Part shown: piece after piece, positions 39,612-48,813 of the stretch | Numbering within the stretch: the stretch's first letter is position 1 | Layout: each line of letters opens with the position of its first letter | IMG/VR virus record: IMGVR_UViG_3300007735_000759 | Location: 1-57,043 of that record | DNA from: a virus | Taxonomy: Duplodnaviria; Caudoviricetes | Length of the DNA stretch: 57,043 nt | Direction: 5' to 3' (one strand) | The notes under the pieces: model-generated | What the model was told of the DNA's origin: nothing | The model's database searches: none | The model's input: the letters and a program-made list of their open reading frames with translations, nothing else | Translations under genes and position numbers: made by a program

Positions 39612-40838
39612 ATGACAGCAAAACAAAAACTGGAACTTACGTGGATTGGGAAAGATCAGCGGCCTAAGCTGGAACCAAGAATCTTATTAGAAAATAAAGA
39701 AAAATCTTACCATGCAAAGCATCGGGTTACTGAAAATGACGTTTTTGATAATAAGCTGATCTTTGGTGACAACTTACTGGCACTTAAAGCACTTGAACAG
39801 GACTATACTGGCAAAGTTAAGTGTGTCTTTATTGATCCACCCTACAATACCGGTTCTGCTTTTCAACATTATGATGACGGTCTAGAACATTCCATCTGGC
39901 TTGGTTTGATGCGTGATCGACTAGAAATTATCCGAAAACTTATATCAGATGATGGTTCTTTATGGATAACCATAGATGATAATGAAGCACATTATTTGAA
40001 AGTGCTGTGTGATGAAGTTTTTGGGAGGGACAACTTTGTAGCAAATGTAGTATGGCAGAAAAAATACACTACTGCCAACGATTCAAAGGGCATCCCAGCG
40101 TCGCACGATCACATTTTAGTCTATCAGAAATCCCATGTTTTTGAGAGAGGCTTATTTCCCAGAACTGAAAAACAAAATGATTTTTATAAGTATGATGATT
40201 ATGACGGAAGAGGAGCTTATCGTACAGATAATGTACTTGTAAAAAGTTTTTCTCAAACAGGTGTATTTCCAATAACTAATCCTAATACAAGTCGCATTTA
40301 TATGCCACCAGAAGGAAGGTGTTGGAGAACAAATGAGAAAACTATGCAAAAATGGCTTGTTGAAAATCGGATATATTTTGGAAAGGATGGAAAAGGAGCT
40401 CCACAACTTAAAAGATACCTAAATGAAGTTAAACAAGGAATAGTACCGAATACGTGGTGGTCATTTGATGAAGCAGGACATAACGATCAAGCAAAAAAAG
40501 AACTGCAAAAATTGTTTACTAAGGACATTTTTGATACTCCAAAACCTGAGAAACTTCTCTATCGTATTTTAACCCTTGCTACTAATTCTGGTGACCTTGT
40601 TCTTGATTCTTTCGCTGGTTCTGGTACCACAGGTGCTGTGGCTCATAAAATGGGGCGTCGATGGATTATGATAGAGCTTGGCGATCATTGCCACACACAT
40701 ATTATTCCAAGGCTTCAAAGAGTGATTGGCGGCGATGATAAAGGTGGTGTGACTGAAATTACGGGTTGGAAAGGCGGGGGCGGTTTTCGTTATTATGCTT
40801 TGGCACCATCCTTACTTGAAAAAGATAAAGCCAAATGA
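39612..40838 (+). CDS. mod: Type III Mod-like N6-adenine DNA methyltransferase (beta class), apparently C-terminally truncated, no Res gene
   Basis: KQKLELTWIGK N-terminus; IDPPYNTG; TPKPE.L; DSFAGSGTT; ends abruptly at LAPSLLEKDKAK. Confidence 0.88.
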   Translation: MTAKQKLELTWIGKDQRPKLEPRILLENKEKSYHAKHRVTENDVFDNKLIFGDNLLALKALEQDYTGKVKCVFIDPPYNTGSAFQHYDDGLEHSIWLGLMRDRLEIIRKLISDDGSLWITIDDNEAHYLKVLCDEVFGRDNFVANVVWQKKYTTANDSKGIPASHDHILVYQKSHVFERGLFPRTEKQNDFYKYDDYDGRGAYRTDNVLVKSFSQTGVFPITNPNTSRIYMPPEGRCWRTNEKTMQKWLVENRIYFGKDGKGAPQLKRYLNEVKQGIVPNTWWSFDEAGHNDQAKKELQKLFTKDIFDTPKPEKLLYRILTLATNSGDLVLDSFAGSGTTGAVAHKMGRRWIMIELGDHCHTHIIPRLQRVIGGDDKGGVTEITGWKGGGGFRYYALAPSLLEKDKAK

Positions 40839-40885
40839 TCACAAATTGTGACCGGTTGAAAACTGATTGCAGAGGATAAGGAAAA
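40837..40885 (+). other. palindrome plus Bro-N-like gene snippet at the Mod 3' junction
   Basis: TCACAAATTGTGA palindrome; reads ITNCDRLK then, after a frameshift, LIAEDK. Confidence 0.6.
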
Positions 40886-40895
40886 GTAAAAGAGA

Positions 40896-41810
40896 ATGAC
40901 CAAACATTACAAATTTATCGATTTATTTGCTGGTATAGGCGGGTTTCATTATGCTTTTCATGAGCTTGGCGCAGAATGTGTCTTTGCCTCTGAAATAGAC
41001 CCCTACGCTCGTAAAAGTTACGAAGCTAATTTAAAGAAATTATCACCCGAGTTATTTGCTTCAGATAAGTTTAATGACGATATTTTAAAAATTGCTTATG
41101 AAAATATAGATAAAGAAATTCCCGATTTTGATATTTTATGCGCTGGCTTTCCATGCCAACCGTTTAGTCAGGCAGGACTTAAGCGCGGCTTCAAAGAAGG
41201 AAAAGATTTTCGTGGCAACATGTTTTTTAAAATACGAGACATAATAAAAGTTAAAAGGCCGAAAGCTATATTTCTTGAAAATGTCAGGCATCTTTTAAAA
41301 CATGACAATGGTCAAACATTTTCGATTATAAAAGATACCATAGAAAAAGAGTTAGATTATGAGTTTCATTATGAAATAGTAAAGGCTTGCGATTATGGGC
41401 TCCCTCAACATAGGCCACGGGTATTTATGGTGGGTTTCAGAAAGGATTGTAAGTATAAGCTTCCGTTCAAGATTCCTGAGAAAATACCTTTGAATATGAC
41501 TATGTCCGATATATTCGGAGGTGAATGCAATAAAAAAATCGGTTATACATTACGAGTATGTGGCAGAAATTCCAGTATTTATGATAGAAGAAATTGGGAT
41601 TCTTACTTAGTAAACAATCAGCATGTGCGCCTAACTCCTAAAGAGGGGCTTATTATGCAGGGTTTCCCTAAAAATTTTAACTTTCCCGTATCACAGACTC
41701 AAGCAATGAAACAGCTCGGTAACAGCGTTGCCGTTAATGCTGTACGAGCCTATGCTGAAGCTATTATAGAAAGACTCAATTATGAGATAAAAACCGACAA
41801 AATTTCTTAG
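40896..41810 (+). CDS. C5-cytosine DNA methyltransferase (orphan)
   Basis: DLFAGIGG, GFPCQPFS, ENV, Q.R.R and QLGNSV motifs all intact. Confidence 0.95.
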   Translation: MTKHYKFIDLFAGIGGFHYAFHELGAECVFASEIDPYARKSYEANLKKLSPELFASDKFNDDILKIAYENIDKEIPDFDILCAGFPCQPFSQAGLKRGFKEGKDFRGNMFFKIRDIIKVKRPKAIFLENVRHLLKHDNGQTFSIIKDTIEKELDYEFHYEIVKACDYGLPQHRPRVFMVGFRKDCKYKLPFKIPEKIPLNMTMSDIFGGECNKKIGYTLRVCGRNSSIYDRRNWDSYLVNNQHVRLTPKEGLIMQGFPKNFNFPVSQTQAMKQLGNSVAVNAVRAYAEAIIERLNYEIKTDKIS

Positions 41811-41837
41811 GAACAAATTCCTTATAAATTTGATTTT

Positions 41838-42242
41838 TCAGGAAAGCTCTAACCCAAAAGTAATATTAGTCCAATCCCTGACAAATCCCATCAAAGCAAA
41901 ATCACTTACTTTCATTGCCGCCTTAGGGCAAAGATTATAACATTGACAAAATTTTTCAAAATTAGGGCTATCTCTTTGAGGAATAGATTTCGTAAATAAA
42001 GATAAATCAATATCTAAATAATAACTTCTTGAAATATCATAAGGATAAAAACCATTACAGCCACGCGCAACAGCTTCTTTATACTGGTGACTATTCCAAA
42101 AATAACATAATTTATATATATCATAATCTGCTCTCGCCAATTCACCTATATTAAACTTCTTTTTTGTTCCACCAGTTCGGGAAGGATGTTGCCAAAACAT
42201 AAACAAGCGTTTTGGCTCTATGATATTTTTAATAAAAGTCAT
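41838..42242 (-). CDS. HipS/HIRAN-associated N-terminal-domain-like protein
   Basis: LFMFWQ.P…IGEL…Y…GF.PY…LF…IP.RD.P.F resembles the N-domain of HIRAN proteins next to HipA-like kinases (recall). Confidence 0.5.
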   Translation of the reverse strand: MTFIKNIIEPKRLFMFWQHPSRTGGTKKKFNIGELARADYDIYKLCYFWNSHQYKEAVARGCNGFYPYDISRSYYLDIDLSLFTKSIPQRDSPNFEKFCQCYNLCPKAAMKVSDFALMGFVRDWTNITFGLELS

Positions 42243-42558
42243 TGTGATAACCAAATCCAATTAAATCATCGTATTTATCATTAATAAACAAAATTTCCGG
42301 TGTTATTAAATAAGGATCTAAATAGTAAAACACGTTTTGGATTGGTCGGCCGTGAAAACATTTTAACTTTAAATAAAGAGATTTTAACATAGGCCCACAT
42401 GCCCAAGCTTGAAAATCCTCGTCAATTAAAGGTCCATTTTTGTTATCTAGATAAAATAAATGGAGTAAATGCAATAATGCGTTCAGTTTATCGAGGTTAA
42501 TAGTCCAATTACTAAGACGACAGACTTCATATGCCGCTTCTTGCGCTGTAATAGTCAT
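42229..42558 (-). CDS. Panacea (SocA/DUF4065) domain protein, short and degenerate
   Basis: LDKLNALL…PLIDEDFQAWACGP….LY; paralogous to 54827-55294. Confidence 0.75.
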   Translation of the reverse strand: MTITAQEAAYEVCRLSNWTINLDKLNALLHLLHLFYLDNKNGPLIDEDFQAWACGPMLKSLYLKLKCFHGRPIQNVFYYLDPYLITPEILFINDKYDDLIGFGYHNDFY

Positions 42559-43110
42559 TTAATATCCTCTTTGCTCTTCTAATAATTTTTTGAAGTAATT
42601 TTTTATATCTTGATTGCTAATTTCTTTTCCTCTAACAATTCCTTCTTGTTTGGCGATTTTAATAGCCTTTCTCCAAGGATTGTCTGGGTCATCATAACAA
42701 ACCATTTGTGAAAGTTGAATGGCGTCAAACTTAGAATACTTTACCCACACCTCTTCTAATAAATTTCTCGCTTTTTTATCGGTAGGCGAAATATCACGAG
42801 GTTCAATTTTAAAACCAGGCGAGTTTTTTGATATAATGATTTCTCTCATCAAGTAATTCTTTGAGATGGGGTTACTGCCAAATCCTTTAAATTCATGATA
42901 AATGGAAGCACACACTGGCCCGTATTCCCATGCTTGAAATGGTTCGTTTATAAGAGGTAGCACTTCATCTTCGTTTTTATTAAATGCCATATGCCAGCCA
43001 TTTGCAAAATACACAAGTTTTTGCAAGCTCAAAGGCGTAAGTGCGGGGCCTTGTTCCCAAGATTTTCGTAAAAAGTAATTAGCAATAGCTCCTGGGCTAT
43101 AATTTTTCAT
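42559..43110 (-). CDS. Panacea (SocA/DUF4065) antitoxin-like protein
   Basis: IANYFL…LTPLSLQKLVYFA…FQAWEYGPV…IYHEFK…PW. Confidence 0.92.
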   Translation of the reverse strand: MKNYSPGAIANYFLRKSWEQGPALTPLSLQKLVYFANGWHMAFNKNEDEVLPLINEPFQAWEYGPVCASIYHEFKGFGSNPISKNYLMREIIISKNSPGFKIEPRDISPTDKKARNLLEEVWVKYSKFDAIQLSQMVCYDDPDNPWRKAIKIAKQEGIVRGKEISNQDIKNYFKKLLEEQRGY

Positions 43111-43239
43111 GTTATTTGACGGTCATTTGATAAAAGTTCTTATATATGCCTACTAAACCTTAAAAAACTGTTGATTTCTCTTGATTTGCAGAAAAAATCT
43201 TATTTGATGCTCATTTGCTCATCTAAGATTTTTTTATCT

Positions 43240-44607
43240 CTACTCAAAATAATCCATATTTCTAAAAACGGTCAATTCTTTGTCGAAAAATACTGGCACC
43301 TCCCCGGTTCCGCCATACCTATTTTTTGCAATAATAATGAGGTTTTTGCCGCCATTTTCTGTATTTATACATATATCTTTCCCGGCTTCTTTTTTTCGAG
43401 CAGGGTAATAATCGTCCCGATGAACAAACATGACAACGTCAGCGTCTTGCTCAATGCTACCTGAATCTCGTAGGTCAGATAGTTGAGGGTATTTGCTATC
43501 ACGCTGCTCAACGGCGCGTGACAACTGGCAAAGAACCAAAATAGGCAAGTTCAAGTCCTTCGCTAAAGCCTTAAGGGCGCCAGAGACGAGCGTGGTTTTT
43601 TCATAAAGCGACGAGCTTTTGCGATCTTCATTGATTAATCCTAAATAATCGATTACAATAAAATCAAGATCGTATTCTTTTTTCATTAAAAGGCACCGTT
43701 CTTTTATTTGCGATATTGTTGCCGATCGCTGATCTATATACAATTTTGCGCGACTGGAATCGTACCTTTCCAAAAGATCAAGATCAAGCTCCGAACTGGT
43801 GCCCATATGCAACCGTGCGCTAGGAACGCATATTTCGGCCGCCAGCACCCTTTGTGCTAAATCCTGGCTAGACATCTCCAAACTCAAGAAAAGCGTTCTA
43901 GCCCCCTTTAATGAGGCATTAAACGCTATGTTAACTGCCAAGGTAGTCTTTCCCATTCCGGGACGACCTGCCAAAATGTAGAGATGGGAGTTGGAAAAAC
44001 CACCTCTCAAAAACCTATCAAGCCTTATGAAACCTGTCTTCACGCCTACGGATTCGTTGTTTAAAACTCGTTTTTTCCGTTCAATCGCATCAGCCAAAAT
44101 TTCTTTGTGCAATTCTTGCAATGTTTTGATTGCCGAAATTGGAGCAGCCGATAACTCAAGCAACTGACCGTGTTCTTCCACTCGCCGAGAGTATTCTAGA
44201 ATAATTTTTTCAGAAGAAAAACCGCCTTCTTTGGCAATTTCTAAATCGTCAAGAAATTGTTGTTCTCGCCAGAAAACATAGTTTTCAAGCAAATATTTTT
44301 GAATTTTTTTAAACTCAGCAATGTTTTCTTCTTGGTTTTTTTTGATAACCAAAACACTATCGGTCATGATCTCAACCAGAAAATCACGCTCTGATTGAGT
44401 TAGCAAAAACTTAAGATTTTCCAAGGTTACAGACTCACCCGAGTCTTTCAGTTTTCGAAAAATTGCTAAAAATTTGCGTAGCAAAAAAGAAGAAATATGA
44501 TATTCTTTCAAGAACAAATGAGATAACAAACTATCATCGTCAATTAAAAATGTAATAATTGATTCTTCTAATTCTTTTCTTAATTCAAAATTTAAATTTT
44601 TATTCAT
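43240..44607 (-). CDS. dnaB: replicative DNA helicase
   Basis: AGRPGMGKT, SLEMS, IDYLGL, QLSR, DLRDSGSIEQDAD, AKNR.G. Confidence 0.96.
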   Translation of the reverse strand: MNKNLNFELRKELEESIITFLIDDDSLLSHLFLKEYHISSFLLRKFLAIFRKLKDSGESVTLENLKFLLTQSERDFLVEIMTDSVLVIKKNQEENIAEFKKIQKYLLENYVFWREQQFLDDLEIAKEGGFSSEKIILEYSRRVEEHGQLLELSAAPISAIKTLQELHKEILADAIERKKRVLNNESVGVKTGFIRLDRFLRGGFSNSHLYILAGRPGMGKTTLAVNIAFNASLKGARTLFLSLEMSSQDLAQRVLAAEICVPSARLHMGTSSELDLDLLERYDSSRAKLYIDQRSATISQIKERCLLMKKEYDLDFIVIDYLGLINEDRKSSSLYEKTTLVSGALKALAKDLNLPILVLCQLSRAVEQRDSKYPQLSDLRDSGSIEQDADVVMFVHRDDYYPARKKEAGKDICINTENGGKNLIIIAKNRYGGTGEVPVFFDKELTVFRNMDYFE

Positions 44608-45682
44608 AATTTGAAATTACCTCCCAAGGATTTTCGCCCACAAGAGGAAAACCGTTTGTCATGCAATGATCAATCCCCCCAGCACGGTCTACCAAGCGTC
44701 GATACCGAGTATTGGGGTTTTTTATAAGCTCTAAAAAGCGGGGATAATCCGTTAAATCCATGATGACCTCATCTGATTTTTTGCTCCCGGGTTGAGGGGA
44801 ATGATAGATTTTTGGGGCCTTTGACACCCAATGTGTCCATGCTCTCTCCCATCCAGCCTGTGATTTGGACGGTTTGTTTTTGGGTTTTGCTTCTTCTGCC
44901 CACCAACCCGTAAAGTTGTCAAAAATCACCCGAATCCATGTCGGGTCAATCTCATGCGTCACCGCAATCGATTTCATTCGCAGGTTTAGCCGCAGCTGAT
45001 CCGCTGTGAATTTCTCAACCACTTGCCGAGAAAAAGGCTGTTTGGCTGTTAGGTTGCCAACGGCAACGGTGGAAGGCTGTTTAATTTCCCTTTCAACTCG
45101 TGAACGTTTGGATAGGGTATTTTGTATTTTTGTTACCTCAGGGGAGTGTAAACGAACCCTCTTATTTTTGTCATTCGATTCGTCAGAATCGGAATGTGAA
45201 GATATAGATAAATTAATATCTGTAGTAGTCTCTGTAGTATATGGTCCCTTTCGGCCCATACAAACGGTCCCTTTCGGCCCATACAAACGGTCCCTTTCGG
45301 CCCGTTTTGTTGGACACTTTTTCTCCTCATTTTCACCAGAAATTCCCTGAAATTTAATTACAATATCTTGTAACTTAGTTTCGTTAATGATGTAGTGTGA
45401 TTTTGGAGGCAATCCTTTTTTAACAATTGAAATTAACCCTAACTCCCGTAATTTATTTTTAGCTGTTTTTATTTCCTTGGAAGTCAAGCCGGTCTCACTC
45501 TCTAAATCGGCATTGGTTTTATAAAATTCTTTTTCTTCCATTTTTTTGTACCAGTACATAATTTGAGAAAGTAAAATACCGCATGTTACAGAGCCTGTGA
45601 TTTTTGTGTAAATCGGGTAATAAGCTATGCAATTTTTGGCGGAATTAACGTCAATCATCTTCAAACTTTCATCGGTTTTCAT
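44600..45682 (-). CDS. replication initiator (lambda O-like, wHTH N-terminus, DnaT-like C-domain)
   Basis: GILLSQI.YW…ETGL…L…GLI wHTH; TTETTT linker with internal repeats; overlaps the dnaB start. Confidence 0.8.
   Translation of the reverse strand: MKTDESLKMIDVNSAKNCIAYYPIYTKITGSVTCGILLSQIMYWYKKMEEKEFYKTNADLESETGLTSKEIKTAKNKLRELGLISIVKKGLPPKSHYIINETKLQDIVIKFQGISGENEEKKCPTKRAERDRLYGPKGTVCMGRKGPYTTETTTDINLSISSHSDSDESNDKNKRVRLHSPEVTKIQNTLSKRSRVEREIKQPSTVAVGNLTAKQPFSRQVVEKFTADQLRLNLRMKSIAVTHEIDPTWIRVIFDNFTGWWAEEAKPKNKPSKSQAGWERAWTHWVSKAPKIYHSPQPGSKKSDEVIMDLTDYPRFLELIKNPNTRYRRLVDRAGGIDHCMTNGFPLVGENPWEVISNYE
45243..45303. repeat. 23-bp iterons (about 2.7 copies), probable replication origin
   Basis: GGTCCCTTTCGGCCCATACAAAC at 45243, 45266 and (partial) 45289, inside the initiator gene. 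Confidence 0.8.
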
Positions 45683-45723
45683 TCTTTAATTTTTTGTTAT
45701 TTTTTAGTAAAATTTTATATAAA

Positions 45724-45840
45724 TTAAGGCGGTGCTGTTTTAAATAAAAAGGAAAAATAAATTGTTGGGTGGATATCAACTTTTGTTGATTTATTATTGA
45801 CAGACGCCATATATAGCAATATAGTCTTATGCAAAGACAT
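45724..45840 (-). CDS. 38-aa leader ORF upstream of the initiator
   Basis: AGGAGG SD; MSLHKTILLYMASVNNKSTKVDIHPTIYFSFLFKTAPP. Confidence 0.4.
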   Translation of the reverse strand: MSLHKTILLYMASVNNKSTKVDIHPTIYFSFLFKTAPP

Positions 45841-45905
45841 AAATCCTCCTTCTAACTTGGTTTATGTTAAGGTATAAATTCTGATAAAATTTATACCTCG
45901 TTTTT

Positions 45906-45944
45906 AAAGTCCCTTAGTTTTCCACGTTCTAAGGGACTTTTTTT
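45906..45944. terminator. strong hairpin/terminator
   Basis: AAAGTCCCTTAG…CTAAGGGACTTT followed by a T-run; second inverted repeat AGGTATAAATT/AATTTATACCT at 45870-45898. Confidence 0.65.
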
Positions 45945-46084
45945 GTAACAATATTTCCAATAGTTAGCATTTCTTTTTTAGCTATTCAAGAACAATAGTT
46001 AAAATTTTTTCTGAGTTGCAAAAAATGCATGGCTAAGATTTTTTTTATATTTGCTACTTGAAAATATTTTTTAATTATGTCATT

Positions 46085-46099
46085 TTAATTAAGGGTTAA
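46085..46099. promoter_or_regulatory. CtrA-like box
   Basis: TTAA-TTAAGGG-TTAA upstream of the VRR-NUC/SSB genes. Confidence 0.45.
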
Positions 46100-46192
46100 A
46101 CTCGCTTTTTTGGTTTTTAGTGTTTTCTGAAAAAGTACTCCTCCTTGCACCTTTTGAAATGCTCTGGTACTTTTAAAAGGTGCATTTATTTT

Positions 46193-46609
46193 ATGAATCA
46201 ATCTCTACATTTTTATCTCCTCCACAATTCCGTATTTAAAGGCACTTTGAAATGCGAAGACTTGCTTGCGTATCAACTTGCTACTTATTTGCGCGAACAA
46301 TCCCTTGCAAACAAATTGCCTTTTGTCTGGTTCCACGTGGCCAATGAATTTGCTTCTAGAAATAAAACATTTGGGGCTAAATTATCGGCGCAAGGTCGTT
46401 TGACGGGTGTAGCTGATTATATTTTTTTGGGAAAGAATAAATGCTTTGCATTAGAGTTAAAATATGCAAAAGGTAAACAATCAGAATCTCAAAAATCTTT
46501 TGAAAACTGGTGTAAAAGCCTTGACGTTCCTTATTTTGTTGCGTATTCTTTAAATGAATCTATTAATTATATTAAGAATATGACAGATTATGAGTTACAG
46601 TGTAAATAA
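46193..46609 (+). CDS. VRR-NUC nuclease (Holliday junction resolvase-like)
   Basis: FHVANE…G…GVADY…LELK…GKQS.SQ. Confidence 0.88.
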   Translation: MNQSLHFYLLHNSVFKGTLKCEDLLAYQLATYLREQSLANKLPFVWFHVANEFASRNKTFGAKLSAQGRLTGVADYIFLGKNKCFALELKYAKGKQSESQKSFENWCKSLDVPYFVAYSLNESINYIKNMTDYELQCK

Positions 46610-46982
46610 AGCTATTTTGATTGGGAATGTTGGCCAAGATCTTCCTCACGATTCTCAAAAAAAACTTTCCTTTACTTTAGCAACAAATGAATCTTGGAAA
46701 GATAAAAATTCCGGCGAATGGAAAAATAAAGTTGAATGGCATAAAGTTGCAATTTTCAATGAAAAATTAGCGGAAATGGCGCGTGCTAATCTCAAAAAAG
46801 GCTCTCGCGTTTATGTTGAAGGTCAAATTCGAAATAATGAATATGAAGATAAGTTTGGCAACAAGAAAACATCAGTAGAAATAGTTGTCTCTCCTTATCA
46901 AGGCACATTGATATTTTTAGATTCAAAGTCTGAATCACAAACACAACCTAAAAAACAAAATAACGACGATTGGTACGCGTAA
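46590..46982 (+). CDS. ssb: single-stranded DNA-binding protein
   Basis: SVNKAILIGNVG…LATNESWKDK.SGE…EWH.V.IFNE…KKGS.VYVEGQ (alphaproteobacterial-type). Confidence 0.95.
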   Translation: MSYSVNKAILIGNVGQDLPHDSQKKLSFTLATNESWKDKNSGEWKNKVEWHKVAIFNEKLAEMARANLKKGSRVYVEGQIRNNEYEDKFGNKKTSVEIVVSPYQGTLIFLDSKSESQTQPKKQNNDDWYA

Positions 46983-47029
46983 GATATTAAATTCCATAAA
47001 CGCTATTTACCATAATCGCTTTAAAAGTC

Positions 47030-47311
47030 ATGCGCATGAAAATTAAAGGTCGTCCTACTTGGTTATTTGGGATAGTAGCTATTATTATACTTTCTGCTGT
47101 AGGTAAATATGATTTTTTACATACTCAACTTTGGCCATGGGATATAATAAAATGGTTGGTTGTCCCTTTTTTCTTTTTAACGTTAATAAATCTTTGCGCT
47201 AAAAAATATCAAGAAATAGATGATTTAAAGGGAATTATTCAACAGAGGAAGAATAAGGATAAAGTTGTTTTACAAATTGAAGCATTCCTAAAGAAATGTG
47301 AGCATTTATAA
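47030..47311 (+). CDS. two-TM protein
   Basis: Two hydrophobic helices followed by a coiled coil. Confidence 0.55.
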   Translation: MRMKIKGRPTWLFGIVAIIILSAVGKYDFLHTQLWPWDIIKWLVVPFFFLTLINLCAKKYQEIDDLKGIIQQRKNKDKVVLQIEAFLKKCEHL

Positions 47312-47531
47312 TGCTCATGGTTGGGTAAATACTGGTAGCCCCCTTTATAAAGAATCTCTTGAGATTTTAGAAAACAATCCAGCTGTTTCAAAAGAAGATG
47401 TTGCAATTTTTAAAAATGATACAAGACTAATTTCCCTTTATCCTGGGCATCGTCCTAATGCCGGTAAAGCGAGAATTCTGTTTTTGAATGATATAATAAT
47501 TAATTTTAGCGCAATTAAATCTCAGTTATAG
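47298..47531 (+). CDS. hypothetical protein
   Basis: 77-aa ORF overlapping the previous stop. Confidence 0.4.
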   Translation: MSIYNAHGWVNTGSPLYKESLEILENNPAVSKEDVAIFKNDTRLISLYPGHRPNAGKARILFLNDIIINFSAIKSQL

Positions 47532-47687
47532 ATTTCCTTCACAAACACCATTCTACCTAAAGTTTCTTGATCTTTTTTTGTAAGCGTTAAAATAGAAATC
47601 CTACAGAATATCCCTCTTTGGTATTAATCATGGTGTATGGATGTTCAATCCTGTAGAATCTCTATCTTTCTAAAAGTAAAACAAATT

Positions 47688-47981
47688 TTAATGCAAATCA
47701 ACCTTAGACCCGCATAATTTCTTTATTTTTTTAAAACGGTTTTCGTCGAATAAGAGTGACTCTATTTCTTTAAAGATGTCTATTTTAAAATCTTCTGCAT
47801 TGAACATTGGATCTAAATTTATTCGAACAAAGCACGTTATGTAAAACATTAATACAGCAACCCCTGCTACTGACGCATTTTCTCTTTGTAGTATTTCTCG
47901 TAAATCGTCCATTGCTATCTGGATTTCTTCTTTTTGTTTTTCTGATAATTGTTTCAATGCTTCTGGTATCCAATCTTCCAT
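47688..47981 (-). CDS. small acidic helical protein (possible fourth paralogue of the 31.2-32.0 kb family)
   Basis: Hydrophobic periodicity matches that family. Confidence 0.6.
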   Translation of the reverse strand: MEDWIPEALKQLSEKQKEEIQIAMDDLREILQRENASVAGVAVLMFYITCFVRINLDPMFNAEDFKIDIFKEIESLLFDENRFKKIKKLCGSKVDLH

Positions 47982-47986
47982 TTTGT

Positions 47987-48799
47987 TTATTTCTTAATAA
48001 TAATTCCGTTTATTTGCTCTTTAGTTAACAGGGGCATTTCTTTCGAGAATTCTTTGTTAAAAACAGTATTACTGAAAATAGCTTTATGATACGTGTTGTC
48101 ATTAAAATCACATGTAGACAAATCATTGTTAGTAAAATCCATTACATCAAAATAACACATTCTATAATCGTTGTATTTATTTTCCCCAAAAAACATTGCG
48201 CAGTCCAGCTCGCACATAAAAAAAGAGCAGGACGTTGTATCTGGAAAATCGCAATTGGTTAATGAGCAGTGTATAAAATTGTTATGATCTAAGTATTCAG
48301 GTAATTGCGAAAGATCAATATTACATTCTACAAAACTATTTGAAATAATTGCCGAAGGGGCAATTTCAAATGGCTTATCCTCATAATTATTGCGCCTAAA
48401 AAGTATTGGGCACTCTCGAAAATAACAATTAATAATTTCTGAATCTGAAATATTACTTAATATAATATCAGTCTCTAAAAAACTGCATTTTCTGAATGCC
48501 ATTTTCTCTGAATAGTTTGCAAAAAGTAATGGTTGGAAAAGTTTGCATTTTTCAAAAACGACATTATCAAATGTATTCCCATTGTAAAAATAAAACCGAC
48601 TTTTTCTTATATTGCAATTATAAAATTTAGAATAAGATAAGTCTTCCTTTAACTCACAGTTATTAAACCTGCATTTAATAAATTTCGAACCCTCTAAATT
48701 TTCTTTAAAATTGCAATTTATAAATTCTACGTTTTTAAAGACATCTTGTTCACCTGGTTTCCCATATATGTCTTGATTTTCTATTTTTTTATATCCCAT
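47987..48799 (-). CDS. pentapeptide-repeat protein, copy A
   Basis: F.NC.F repeats; extensive nucleotide identity with 49104-49973. Confidence 0.88.
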   Translation of the reverse strand: MGYKKIENQDIYGKPGEQDVFKNVEFINCNFKENLEGSKFIKCRFNNCELKEDLSYSKFYNCNIRKSRFYFYNGNTFDNVVFEKCKLFQPLLFANYSEKMAFRKCSFLETDIILSNISDSEIINCYFRECPILFRRNNYEDKPFEIAPSAIISNSFVECNIDLSQLPEYLDHNNFIHCSLTNCDFPDTTSCSFFMCELDCAMFFGENKYNDYRMCYFDVMDFTNNDLSTCDFNDNTYHKAIFSNTVFNKEFSKEMPLLTKEQINGIIIKK

Positions 48800-48813
48800 T
48801 TTTTACTCTTTTT

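Noticed and set aside
39612-41810. Complete restriction-modification system
   Set aside because: No Res helicase or recognisable endonuclease is adjacent.
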